Below, in pieces: positions 29,880 through 38,669 of a stretch of 64,000 bases of DNA (position 1 is its first letter; the number at the start of each line of letters is the position of its first letter). Source of the DNA: Nitrososphaeraceae archaeon (GTDB lineage Archaea; Thermoproteota; Nitrososphaeria; Nitrososphaerales; Nitrososphaeraceae). A program made the position numbers and the translations under genes. The notes below the pieces were generated by a model, which saw nothing but the letters and a program-made list of their open reading frames with translations, searched no databases and had not been told where the DNA came from. The DNA is taken from contig DATFEP010000067.1 of the NCBI GenBank assembly GCA_035250975.1, positions 44,144-108,143 on the forward strand, written 5' to 3'.

Positions 29880-30585
29880 AATAGATAGAATAAAAAATAT
29901 CTGCGGGAGAATAAAGGTTTTGATTATTAAAATAAAGATAAATACCCCGAAAAAAACAAATGAAATATGTGAAAGTCTTTCTCCGAAAATTATTTTAGGG
30001 AAATTTATGCATATTAACGATTCATCATGGAAAACTAATAACGGTAAAAAGTTAATATTTTTCTTAGGTGCTGGTTTCTGTCCATATTGTGCTGCAGGAA
30101 GATGGGCAATAGTTGAGGGATTAAGAAAATTTGGAGAATGGAAAGAATTGATCGAGAATCACAGTGCAAGCACTAATGAAAAGTTTTTAAATATAGCTAC
30201 TTTTGATTTTTCTCATTCCAAATATGAAAGTTCGTTTGGAGAGTTTCGTGGAATTGAAATTGCTGATAGGGATTCAAAAGCAAAAGAAAAATTGGAGAAA
30301 ATCGACAAGGAAATCCTAGGAACATATAACCCTGATCATCTTATTCCATTTTTACTAATTGATGGTCAATTTATGCAATTTCGAACTGGGATAAATCCAG
30401 AATCATTAGAGAAATTAAATCATGAAGAGATAAGAAAAATAATTCGCGACGAAAATTCAGTGGTTGGCAAATCTATTATAGATGAGAGCAACATTATAGC
30501 ATCTCTAATATGCAAAAGCATTGACAATATACCAGAAAATATCAAAGATAAACAGATTATAGAACTGTTTTACAAAATAAAATGA
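29872..30585 (+). CDS. Thioredoxin-fold protein (DUF929-like); true start probably further downstream
   Basis: GA.FCPYCAA.RW....L..FG, IPFL.I.G. Confidence 0.75.
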   Translation: MIIIDRIKNICGRIKVLIIKIKINTPKKTNEICESLSPKIILGKFMHINDSSWKTNNGKKLIFFLGAGFCPYCAAGRWAIVEGLRKFGEWKELIENHSASTNEKFLNIATFDFSHSKYESSFGEFRGIEIADRDSKAKEKLEKIDKEILGTYNPDHLIPFLLIDGQFMQFRTGINPESLEKLNHEEIRKIIRDENSVVGKSIIDESNIIASLICKSIDNIPENIKDKQIIELFYKIK

Positions 30586-30603
30586 AGGAAATTGAATAAA
30601 AAT

Positions 30604-31098
30604 TTATTTCAAACCAGTTATTCGTATTTCAGTTGGGCATCCAAGTTTACTTGATGCTACTTTGAATCCTTCTTTTGCCAATGGTAAATTTGCAGAAGTA
30701 ACATAAGCTTCTATTATTGATTGCCCCGGTTTAACCCTCGCTGCTAACCCAGTTGCTTTCCCAAACGCTCTTCTCATACCTTCCTGGAGTCTATCTGCTC
30801 CTGCAGTTGCTATCATTTTGTTTTCCCTTAGCAATACATGAGGATACACTTTTAATTTAGAGAAAAAACTAGTCTCACCAGCCTGAGCCATTCTTTTATT
30901 AGCAGCTAATCTTGCCGCCTCTAAAGCATTATGACGAATTTGAATATTTTCCGTAACAATTAATTCCAATTTATAATCATAGCTATTACTTGCTTGACCT
31001 GAAGAAAATTTTGCAATTTTTGATTGAGGCTTACCTTTAATATATTCCCTTCTAACATAGGGCATTCCCCTAGGTTCTCGATAATTTACACCCTTCAA
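30604..31098 (-). CDS. rpl10e: Ribosomal protein uL16 (L10e)
   Basis: QIRHNALEAAR, RENKM...AGADRLQEGMR.AFGK. Confidence 0.96.
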   Translation of the reverse strand: MKGVNYREPRGMPYVRREYIKGKPQSKIAKFSSGQASNSYDYKLELIVTENIQIRHNALEAARLAANKRMAQAGETSFFSKLKVYPHVLLRENKMIATAGADRLQEGMRRAFGKATGLAARVKPGQSIIEAYVTSANLPLAKEGFKVASSKLGCPTEIRITGLK

Positions 31099-31135
31099 TT
31101 TTATTTCACTAATCTTTTTATATCAAACATAAACT

Positions 31136-31758
31136 TTGATTTATTCGTTTATGTATAATACGACATGGGACAGTAATTACAATAACACTGGTAATGAAAA
31201 TGAATTAAGTTTTACTGTAGATGCACAAATAGATAATAAAAATACAATAATTATAGATTCTATTAAGCAACAGGATCAACTAAGAAATAAGGGGTTTGGA
31301 GAAAAAATAAAAGAAAAATTTATTATTGAAGCGTATGAAGCTCTTTTTCTTTTATATAACAAAAGATTAGTTTTAAAAAAAAAAAGAAAAAATTAGATTT
31401 TTCACAACTTTCTGAAATGTTATTGAAGGATGACATTTCAATATTTACAAAATTTCTCATATATAGAGATCTAAGAAGTAGAGGATACGTAGCGAAAGAA
31501 GGATTCGGATTTGGTTTAGATTTTCGCGTTTATGAAAGAGGAGAATATCTCAAAAAGCCTGCTAAATACGTAGTTTTTGGAATTAATGAAGGATTGAATA
31601 TTCAGAGTAGCCATTTATATGACAATGTTAATTCCATTGAGAAAATGGGAAAGGAAGGAATAATTGCTGTAATTGAGAGAAGAGGAGAAATAATCTATTA
31701 TAAGATAAATAGAAAAAAATTTGAAACTAATAGCAAATCGATTTCACTTGCTCAATAA
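31136..31758 (+). CDS. endA: tRNA-splicing endonuclease subunit, split by a -1 frameshift at about 31375-31393
   Basis: ORF 31136-31396 (GFG....I...EALFL, N-domain) plus ORF 31417-31758 (IYRDLRSRGY...G..FG.DFRVYERG); adding one A to the A11 run fuses them. Confidence 0.85.
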
Positions 31759-31819
31759 TAAAAAAAGTGCAATTAGTAGATGTAAAAATAAAAAAATTAA
31801 AAAAATAGAGATAGCTACA

Positions 31820-31830
31820 TTTTTTATATA
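31820..31830 (+). promoter_or_regulatory. TATA box of the downstream C/D sRNA
   Basis: TTTTTATATA about 23-30 nt upstream of the sRNA 5' stem. Confidence 0.55.
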
Positions 31831-31852
31831 TGATATTCTGTGTAAGATGATC

Positions 31853-31942
31853 TGTGGGATAATGATGATCACGATAGTCCCCCTATTATATGGGATTATT
31901 CCCTGTAAAATGAAGAGAGACACCGGACTACTGAGTTCCATA
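31853..31942 (+). ncRNA. Box C/D guide sRNA convergent with tRNA-Glu
   Basis: Stem TGTGGGAT / C ATGATGA (31862-68) / guide TCACGATAGTCCC / D' CCTA / hairpin / C' ATGAAGA / guide GAGACACCGGACTA / D CTGA (31931-34) / stem GTTCCATA. Confidence 0.85.
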
Positions 31943-31945
31943 AAA

Positions 31946-32021
31946 TGCTCCGACCGGGATTTGAACCCGGGATCGTCGCCTTGAGAGGGCGAAATGCTTA
32001 ACCGGACTACACCATCGGAGC
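31946..32021 (-). tRNA. tRNA-Glu(CTC)
   Basis: GCTCCGA/TCGGAGC acceptor; TCGCC-CTCTCAA-GGCGA; CCGGG-TTCAAAT-CCCGG. Confidence 0.95.
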
Positions 32022-32164
32022 CCAACAACAATAGAAACCTTCTCAATATAAAAATTCTGTTAGTGCTAAGTAAAAATAAATTTAACGAAGTTGATCTTGG
32101 TTCGAACGATTAATGAAATATTAAGGAAATTAATACTTGAGAAAATAAATTTTATAACTGAAAT

Positions 32165-32407
32165 TTAGACAGTTATAACAGGGGCTTCTAGTGGTTCAAC
32201 GGTTTTTTTGGTTTTAGCACGTAACTTTGCTTTATATTTTAGATTACGTGGTTTAGTTCTCAATCGATAACCACAACATGGGCACCACAATCCATCCCAT
32301 TTTATGAAGATTTCACAAATTTGGCAGCGTTTTTGTCCGCTGGCATACCTTCCAGAACCTACTGGTTTCTGAGCTTTATGTCTAACGCAAATACCTTTAC
32401 AAGTCAT
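32165..32407 (-). CDS. Small basic Cys-rich protein (thaumarchaeal conserved type)
   Basis: CKGIC...RY..GQKRCQIC..F.......CPCCG.RLR.KPR. Confidence 0.8.
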   Translation of the reverse strand: MTCKGICVRHKAQKPVGSGRYASGQKRCQICEIFIKWDGLWCPCCGYRLRTKPRNLKYKAKLRAKTKKTVEPLEAPVITV

Positions 32408-32529
32408 TGGTATATATATATCATTAACGAGTATTTAAATATGAATAAAGTCATATTATGATAAAATTTAATAAACGATGAGAAGAATTTTTAAAAAATA
32501 AAAAGAATATCAATAGTTTGGAAATTTTT

Positions 32530-32784
32530 TTAACTAACCGATATACTCTTTGCCTGAAACGCTTCGTTCATGGAAACGTATTCTTCTATTTTCATCTTTA
32601 TATCATCTGGATCAGTATCATCCATTCCTGAAAGTCCTGCCTTAAATGAGATTTTATTTCCAGAAACGTTGACATTATCCACTTCCATGTCTGCATAAAC
32701 ATTTGTTAATTCAGTAACCCAGTCTTTAGCTTCTTGTGAGTCTATTCCCTCGGTATCAATATTTACATTTAGCATTTTTGTCAT
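32530..32784 (-). CDS. Small acidic hypothetical protein
   Basis: 84 aa, D/E-rich, natural-looking composition. Confidence 0.75.
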   Translation of the reverse strand: MTKMLNVNIDTEGIDSQEAKDWVTELTNVYADMEVDNVNVSGNKISFKAGLSGMDDTDPDDIKMKIEEYVSMNEAFQAKSISVS

Positions 32785-32867
32785 CCAAATACACCTAACT
32801 GATTTATGAAAAAGACATTAATAAATTTGACTAATATAGCTTATAAATATAAAGTAAAAATATAAAG

Positions 32868-33032
32868 CTATTCTTTCTCATCAAATCTCCAATATTTTAT
32901 TAGTTCTTTTTCAAATTTAGAAAACTGATTATCATTTAATGATTCTCCGCAATTTTTATGAGTCGGTACTACTCTCATTCCTGCTAGTTTGAAATCAACC
33001 TCATAAAAATGAACAGAAGGACAATCACACAT
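32868..33032 (-). CDS. Small Cys/His protein (start reassigned to the ATG at 33032)
   Basis: MCDCPSVHFYEVDF.....VPTHKNCG; the longer track ORF overlaps the divergent gene. Confidence 0.7.
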   Translation of the reverse strand: MCDCPSVHFYEVDFKLAGMRVVPTHKNCGESLNDNQFSKFEKELIKYWRFDEKE

Positions 33033-33145
33033 TACATGACAATATAAATGATATCCATTTATATTCTTATTAGCCTCAAAAGCTAGTGTAAAAATCACGA
33101 AATATAATAAACATTTATGAATCCTTTTTTTAATTATTATCTTAT

Positions 33146-34219
33146 ATGAAAAAGCATTCATTGATTCAATTTGGATCAAAAATGTCAGTCAAAATAATCT
33201 TTTTCACTTTGGTATTGTCATTAGGAACAATATTTCTGACTTTACCTGATTCACAAGCTGAAGACAACAATTGGTATGTTGGAGAAGGAGTGAAAAAGGA
33301 TATGTACGTGAAGTATAAGGTAAGTTATTTTGATACTAATAATGGAAGACCATTTGATATAACTATATATTTCAAAGAGCAAGATGAGAAGGGAAATTGG
33401 ATTGCTCCAGTATATGTTGAAGATCAGGGAAAAGTTGTAAGTGGAACATTTATACTCACTCCCCTTGACTTGACTGCATTAGGAACATCAGAAATACCGC
33501 CAGAGATGGGAGAGTATAGAACTGGTTATGCTAATTCGTTACAATGGCTTGCGGCATATGTATCTAAACCAGGAATGTCACTTAGCGCAGGTTCATGGGG
33601 TAAGATAGCCTCAATAGGCGGTTCAGAAATCAAGCCAGTAGGTTCTCAACAATTAACAATTCCAGCATTTTCTCAACCTATAGACACAACCATAGTGCAA
33701 TATTATAAATCCGTTGCAAGTAACATTTACATAAAAAATGAATTTCCATATCCAGTTATGGCTAGGACATTTGTAGATGTGACCACTGGAAGCCCTCCAA
33801 TTCAGTTTCAATTTATATTGGAAGAGACAGGAACTGGTGAACCGCCTATTCCAGAAATGGCAAGTTTTGAAGCTACCCCGCCACTACTTGAAAGAACAGA
33901 GAGAGGGGATTATTATGTACAATTGGATTGGAATCCGGTACCCATTCTTGCTGGAAACGAAACAACATTTACAATAGACTTTCTTGATAAAGAGCAATTT
34001 CCAACATCAAAGGTAAGTTATAACCTAAAATTGACTGGGTCTAACAATACATCTATTGCGGATTTGAAAAATCAGTTTGCTCCAGATGGAACAAAAGCTC
34101 ATAAATTTACGTTCGAAAAACCAACATTAGTTAATGTAGAAGTATCGATCAATAGTGTAAAAGGTGTCGATACAGGAGCATTCGTCGAGAAAACTGATTT
34201 TACAATCAATGTAAATTAG
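33146..34219 (+). CDS. Secreted/surface beta-rich protein
   Basis: Signal-peptide-like hydrophobic N-terminus; WYVGEG..K....Y; C-terminal Ig-like LDWNP.PI.AG..T.F.IDF. Confidence 0.75.
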   Translation: MKKHSLIQFGSKMSVKIIFFTLVLSLGTIFLTLPDSQAEDNNWYVGEGVKKDMYVKYKVSYFDTNNGRPFDITIYFKEQDEKGNWIAPVYVEDQGKVVSGTFILTPLDLTALGTSEIPPEMGEYRTGYANSLQWLAAYVSKPGMSLSAGSWGKIASIGGSEIKPVGSQQLTIPAFSQPIDTTIVQYYKSVASNIYIKNEFPYPVMARTFVDVTTGSPPIQFQFILEETGTGEPPIPEMASFEATPPLLERTERGDYYVQLDWNPVPILAGNETTFTIDFLDKEQFPTSKVSYNLKLTGSNNTSIADLKNQFAPDGTKAHKFTFEKPTLVNVEVSINSVKGVDTGAFVEKTDFTINVN

Positions 34220-34271
34220 AAAGAAAAGAATTTTTTCAATTTTTTTTTATTGAATCTACTTTTATCAAATT

Positions 34272-34976
34272 ATGTCTCCAAAAAAAAGAGTAATTATAAT
34301 AACTTGTGTTTTTATTGTAACCTCTATTATAGTCAATTTAACAATCATAGCATATAACGGAGGTTTTAGCAACAGTAATTTGGTCACCCCTACTGGATCT
34401 CAAAATCTATGGAAGGCAGGCAATAATATAAAACCGGGGGATTTTATGGTTTATGAGCTCCAAACAAAAGATAAACAAAACAATATTCAAAATAGAATCG
34501 TAAATATTTCCTTTTACTACACCCCAAATGAATATTGGAATACCCGATTCATTATTTCAAACCAAACTGGAAGTAGTATGAAGTTTGTAGAAAAATTATC
34601 TAAGTCAAATCTGTTAGTAAAAGACTCCGATGAGAGGAATAAAGAATATTTTAAGGAAATTGAGACAACAATTCTATCAATAAGAGACATAACAAGAGAA
34701 CAAAAATACCTAATAATAGGAGCACAATGGGATACAATTTCCTCCGGCGTTTCCACCATTCCATTGAAAATAACTTCAAATGAAGACTTAGAAACCCCTA
34801 TAGGAAAAGTAAATGCATATGTTTTAAACTACAAACTAAACAATACCAACAATAATATATGGATTTCAGAAAAATTTCCATTACCGATAAAAGCAGAGAT
34901 TCATGATGAAGAAGGCAAAATAATATTCAAATATTTAATAAAAAATACAAATATTAAATCTTCTTTAAAGACATAA
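34272..34976 (+). CDS. Membrane-anchored protein related to the preceding gene's N-domain
   Basis: N-terminal TM; W..G..IK.GD...Y.L; IWI...FP.PI.A resembles YIKNEFPYPVMA. Confidence 0.7.
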   Translation: MSPKKRVIIITCVFIVTSIIVNLTIIAYNGGFSNSNLVTPTGSQNLWKAGNNIKPGDFMVYELQTKDKQNNIQNRIVNISFYYTPNEYWNTRFIISNQTGSSMKFVEKLSKSNLLVKDSDERNKEYFKEIETTILSIRDITREQKYLIIGAQWDTISSGVSTIPLKITSNEDLETPIGKVNAYVLNYKLNNTNNNIWISEKFPLPIKAEIHDEEGKIIFKYLIKNTNIKSSLKT

Positions 34977-35465
34977 ATTAAAAAGTTGCTTATTTTTCTT
35001 TGACATAAAAACCTCAGCCAAAAGCCAATTTATATAATTTTCTATATAAGTGTCAATTAAACACCAAATGTGTACAGAACCTGGAAGTATTTCAATTCTG
35101 CCATTTTTTAGAATAATTCGTACTCCTTCTTTACCCTCATACATATATGCATCTAAGACACGAGCTCCAGGAATACTAGCTACCGCTTTAGATTTGACTA
35201 TTTCTCTGGATATTATAAAATTTTTTCTAAATTTATCTACAATGATACCAATATTTTCACGGCCGTATGAGTCAAAATCATATATTTTTCTGGAGTCAGG
35301 AAAATGTAATTGCAACTCTAGATTATACCTTTTCCCCACAAATTGTGCGATTTCGTTTATCCTAGCAAATGCAAGATTTGAATTTTTTCTAGACAATTGT
35401 TCTAAAACGGCTTTATTGCCCATAAAATTAAATCGCAAATCCCTAATAAGATCTGAGAATATCAT
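34965..35465 (-). CDS. Hypothetical protein
   Basis: 166 aa; conserved-looking DAYMYEGKEGVR....GRIEILPGSVHIWC. Confidence 0.7.
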   Translation of the reverse strand: MIFSDLIRDLRFNFMGNKAVLEQLSRKNSNLAFARINEIAQFVGKRYNLELQLHFPDSRKIYDFDSYGRENIGIIVDKFRKNFIISREIVKSKAVASIPGARVLDAYMYEGKEGVRIILKNGRIEILPGSVHIWCLIDTYIENYINWLLAEVFMSKKNKQLFNLCL

Positions 35466-35528
35466 ATTTAGAAGAGTTTCATAACATATTTATATATTAA
35501 TACACCTTTAACAATAAATTTTAATGCT

Positions 35529-36158
35529 ATGTTAAATAGTGGAAGTAGACAAGACAGGATAGAAAATGTCAATAATTATAAGATAATATGTACTGAATTT
35601 ATCAAGGACCTATCTACAGATTACATTGGATGGATAGAAAGATATGATCTCGAAGAAAAAGAAAATAAAAAGAGAAAAGAAGGAATCAAGGAGATAGTAG
35701 AAAAATCGAATAATTGGATTTATGTGTTCGGAAATTCAATAAAGAAAATAGATATAATAATGAATGACGGCATAAATAAGATGGCTGAAACTACGGCAGG
35801 ATACCCATTTAAATTTGACATATATATTAAAAATATGTTTAGATATACTTATCATGAGATCGGAAAAATAAATGTAAATTTAAAAGCTATCCCCAGGCCA
35901 GAGTATCAAATAAGATTGGGAAAATATGATAACATAAATTCACTACTAATTAATTCATCATCAACTGTTAATTACACCATAAGTAAAAATAGTTTTGAAC
36001 TAGTCGACGTGTTAGATGATTTTATTGTTATTGATGCAACGAAATGTTCTGATAAGGATGTCATATCATTCACCACAATTGTAGAGGAATGTAAGAATGA
36101 TTTTGTATCTGAAAAGAGAGGATATTCGACAATCATTTCCATAAACCAAAATTCATGA
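35529..36158 (+). CDS. Hypothetical protein
   Basis: 209 aa ORF, TATA-like TTTATATA upstream. Confidence 0.6.
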   Translation: MLNSGSRQDRIENVNNYKIICTEFIKDLSTDYIGWIERYDLEEKENKKRKEGIKEIVEKSNNWIYVFGNSIKKIDIIMNDGINKMAETTAGYPFKFDIYIKNMFRYTYHEIGKINVNLKAIPRPEYQIRLGKYDNINSLLINSSSTVNYTISKNSFELVDVLDDFIVIDATKCSDKDVISFTTIVEECKNDFVSEKRGYSTIISINQNS

Positions 36159-36199
36159 AAAGATACTTTAAATAACGTAGGGGTTGAGATTTCGTATGT

Positions 36200-36274
36200 G
36201 CGACGGTCGTCCAGTTTGGTCTAGGACATCAGATTGCCAATCTGGTAACCCGGGTTCAAATCCCGGTCGTCGCA
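36200..36274 (+). tRNA. tRNA-Gly(GCC)
   Basis: GCGACGG/TCGTCGC acceptor; TCAGA-TTGCCAA-TCTGG; CCGGG-TTCAAAT-CCCGG. Confidence 0.95.
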
Positions 36275-36305
36275 TATTTTTAGATCGAATCTAATAAATC
36301 ACTAT

Positions 36306-36527
36306 TCAATCAAATCCACTTCCACATGCACAAAGACCATTCTCGTCAACACCTGCATCACATATTGGACACACCGCAATGTATTTAGATTCCCAAACGG
36401 ATTTTCCAAATAAATGAAAATGCGTGTCGATCTCCTTTGGAATTTCAAAATCCTCTAATTTATAAGATGTTTCATTGTCAGAGGATTTAGACTTTATATT
36501 TTTATTATGTCTCTTATTTGGATACAA
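36306..36527 (-). CDS. Small protein with C-terminal Cys cluster
   Basis: CPIC...DE.G.CACG. Confidence 0.6.
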   Translation of the reverse strand: MYPNKRHNKNIKSKSSDNETSYKLEDFEIPKEIDTHFHLFGKSVWESKYIAVCPICDAGVDENGLCACGSGFD

Positions 36528-36532
36528 CTAAA

Positions 36533-36988
36533 TTATTCTCTTCTTTTATAGTACGATCTTTCGATATTATTCTTAATAATATTAATGGCATTTTCTATCC
36601 TATCTCTATTGGGAAGCTGAACCATAAACAAATTAGAAGAATAATTATTAGAATATTCTTTCGGGATAATGGCTAATAGACCATTTCGGTACAGACATTC
36701 GAAAAATTCTAATGATGTATTTGCATGTATCAAAAAATTTTCCTCTATGCCCAAATTAATCATTTCTAATTGTATATCTACAAAAACATAATAACCATCA
36801 TAAAAAATATTTAGCAGAACTTCAACAATATATTTTTTTCCGAAAGATTTTTTGATAATATTTTCATAAGCGTTTTTATTTAAGTAAATGCAAGGTACTT
36901 TATTACCTTCATAATCAATCACTCCAAAACCTTCTTTATGCAGATTTGTCAAAAAATCCCTTAAATCGTTAAATTTCCTAAATCTCAC
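36533..36988 (-). CDS. Hypothetical protein
   Basis: 151 aa ORF, co-directional with the AAA+ gene. Confidence 0.65.
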   Translation of the reverse strand: MRFRKFNDLRDFLTNLHKEGFGVIDYEGNKVPCIYLNKNAYENIIKKSFGKKYIVEVLLNIFYDGYYVFVDIQLEMINLGIEENFLIHANTSLEFFECLYRNGLLAIIPKEYSNNYSSNLFMVQLPNRDRIENAINIIKNNIERSYYKRRE

Positions 36989-37049
36989 AATAAAAAATTC
37001 AAGAGAATTACTTTTATTTCTTTTTCTTTTTGGATAATGCAGGATTAGA

Positions 37050-38669
37050 TTAGTTTAGATTGATTGATTTAGCTAATAAAATAGCCCTCTGAGTATCTTC
37101 ATTTGTACTCATATTAGCTTTTAATTTATAAGCATAATACAACAAGTCGATTATTTTGGTACGATCCAAAGTTATCTTATGAGTTCCAGAACCGGTTATA
37201 TTAGAACCGGAGAACACACTGCTTCCATTAGAAGCAAATTCTGCAATATTGTTAAGAGATAAATTTTGTTTAAATAAGAGGGCACCAGAATTACCTGAAA
37301 TAGAAATTGCTGATGTTTCATTTGGAGGATTGCCGAAAATTTCAATATCGTCATGCGAAAAATAATAATTTTCATAATGCGGATCGCTTTGTTTAATTGA
37401 TTCTAAAAGATTATTAATAGAAGTTATAATTTCCTGCTTTAAATCAACTACAGAGATCATATGATTTTTAATTTTAATGAATTCTGAAATAGAAATATTC
37501 ATTATACTGCCTTTTATCTTCAGACCCGGATAAGTACTCTTTAGAGCTTCATCTATTGAATCTTCAGTAACTGATTGAAGATTTTTATGGTGAGCTATTT
37601 CGAAAGAATTGTACATTATATTCAAAATTGAACGGATATTTCTAAAATCAAAATCTTCATATAATATCTTAATTTTAGACAATAGATCTTTTATGTCGGC
37701 TTCCGATAAACCGGAGTTTTGATTATAATACCTTATATATTCAAGAACAATGTCTGAAATTTCTTCAAAGGAATTTGATCCTGCTAAATCAATTTTATAA
37801 TTAGCCTTTTCTAGTCTATCAAAAACGGAACTATCCTTCATCCCAATTCCGTTATACGCGAATGGAGTTGAAATTAACATGAGAATTGTATATGGGAGGT
37901 GGGTGTTTATCAAAGCTTTTACGAAAGATAATGTATCACTAGTTGCGTTGAATTCATCAAACTGGAATATGGAAATCTTGTTCAGTAGTTTTAGATTAAG
38001 GCGAGACAATAATGATAACCTATTTATCATATCAAGCAATGTAATAGAGTCATAAGAATCGAATTTATTTTGTATTATTTTCTTGATTATCACTAAATCC
38101 GTTGACGAGAACTCGCCTTCAAATAAAGAATCGATTTTATCAATATTGAGATCTGTCTTATTTGCTATAATTTGAAGAACTTTACTTTCCAAACCTTTAC
38201 CGGATAAAGACTCGAAAAAGCCTAGTTTAAAAATTTTTTTTGCAAGTTTATTATTACTTTTACTTTTATCCAGTATATAAAATAGGATTTCTTTCCTTAG
38301 CATTCCCAGATAATCATTGTCAAAACCGTGGATCATCGATTGATAAATACTTGGAATATTTTTAGGATAAATTTGAGATAAATCAAGATAAGAAAAAATA
38401 GCTTTCTCTCTCAGATCGGATATTTTTACGTGGAGAGTTAAATGTGTCTTTCCAGATCCTACATCTTGAACTATCGTAACTATTCGAAACTTATTATTAT
38501 CATTATTGATTGCCGCAATGTTATAAATATCTTCAACACAGGAAATAATAGAATTTTTTGCATCATTATGTCTTTTACCTCCCAAGATCTTAGAGTCTTC
38601 TATACTAGGAGTAGGACTGCTAGGAAAAGGATTATGACGTAGATGATATGGATACAATTTTATAAACAC
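37050..38669 (-). CDS. Uncharacterised AAA+ (P-loop) ATPase
   Basis: LRHNPFP N-motif, Walker A QDVGSGKTH, Walker B IFQFDE, sensor-1-like ISTP, Arg finger FDRL, sensor-2-like NIRS. Confidence 0.8.
   Translation of the reverse strand: MFIKLYPYHLRHNPFPSSPTPSIEDSKILGGKRHNDAKNSIISCVEDIYNIAAINNDNNKFRIVTIVQDVGSGKTHLTLHVKISDLREKAIFSYLDLSQIYPKNIPSIYQSMIHGFDNDYLGMLRKEILFYILDKSKSNNKLAKKIFKLGFFESLSGKGLESKVLQIIANKTDLNIDKIDSLFEGEFSSTDLVIIKKIIQNKFDSYDSITLLDMINRLSLLSRLNLKLLNKISIFQFDEFNATSDTLSFVKALINTHLPYTILMLISTPFAYNGIGMKDSSVFDRLEKANYKIDLAGSNSFEEISDIVLEYIRYYNQNSGLSEADIKDLLSKIKILYEDFDFRNIRSILNIMYNSFEIAHHKNLQSVTEDSIDEALKSTYPGLKIKGSIMNISISEFIKIKNHMISVVDLKQEIITSINNLLESIKQSDPHYENYYFSHDDIEIFGNPPNETSAISISGNSGALLFKQNLSLNNIAEFASNGSSVFSGSNITGSGTHKITLDRTKIIDLLYYAYKLKANMSTNEDTQRAILLAKSINLN

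Noticed and set aside
31721-32046. ORFs 31721-31984(+) and 31744-32046(-)
   Set aside because: They overlap tRNA-Glu and the C/D sRNA; spurious.
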